A stretch of DNA of 63,259 nucleotides, counting the filler, from Asterionella formosa (lineage: Eukaryota): NCBI GenBank assembly GCA_002256025.1. It is 7 parts of 7 records of this genome, joined end to end, with 100 filler letters (N's around TTAATTAATTAA, not from the genome) between each part and the next. Parts side by side here need not be neighbours in the genome. Positions count along the whole stretch, not along the records: positions 61,600 to 63,259 come from NKIB01001586.1; 6 more parts are not named here. One strand, written 5' to 3'. Of the stretch, positions 63,133-63,259 are shown piece after piece. The first letter of the stretch is position 1; each line of letters begins with the position of its first letter. Both the position numbers and the translations under genes were made by a program. The notes below the pieces were generated by a model. That model was not told where the DNA came from. It saw only the letters and a program-made list of their open reading frames with translations, and did not search any database.

Positions 63133-63259
63133 GGTGGATCTTGTAGGGATCCAAGGTGGTGGATCTTGTAGGGATCCAAGGTGGTGGATCTTGTAGGGAT
63201 CCAAGGTGGTGGATCTTGTAGGGATCCAAGGTGGTGGATCTTGTAGGGATCCAAGGTGG
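63133..63259. repeat. Perfect 25-bp tandem repeat (GGTGGATCTTGTAGGGATCCAAGGT), about 5 copies, running off the window end
   Basis: CCAAG recurs at 63151, 63176, 63201, 63226 and 63251. Confidence 0.95.

Noticed and set aside
63133..63259. CRISPR array
   Set aside because: Units are head-to-tail with no unique spacers, there are no cas genes, and the context is eukaryotic.

Overview
Eukaryotic nuclear DNA, most likely from a diatom (stramenopile). Evidence: short GT-AG introns, diatom-style HSF/LRR/2OG-Fe(II) genes, a Copia resembling the diatom CoDi elements, and a signal peptide followed by RGG motifs. The window is not one locus. Six identical 100-nt spacers (N44-TTAATTAATTAA-N44) join seven pieces of 27189 (possibly cut by the window start), 27161, 1663, 1663, 1662, 1661 and 1660 nt, so adjacency across spacers is artificial. 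Supported genes: two paralogous heat-shock factors, an NDUFAF6-like protein, a secreted 2OG-Fe(II) oxygenase, a delta-9-type desaturase, an LRR membrane protein, a PEX2-like RING protein, PP5, a tandem double GT61-like glycosyltransferase, RPS16, a ribonucleotide reductase small subunit, an acidic unknown protein and a Pro/Thr-rich fragment. Between them lie decayed Copia, Gypsy, PIF/Harbinger and non-autonomous TIR elements, plus an intact-looking LINE RT fragment. I see no CRISPR array, tRNA or rRNA, and no multi-gene system that I can call new with confidence. The best leads are: (1) a highly iterated palindromic GGTACCW/TACCGGTA motif throughout non-coding DNA; (2) an intact RNR R2 subunit with an apparent bipartite organellar presequence; (3) a tandem double GT61 with diverged motifs; (4) an unclassified CGTCTGCA-ended TIR family and an orphan PGRL1 fragment beside similar repeat DNA; (5) a KOW-like ORF in the 3' part of the Copia.
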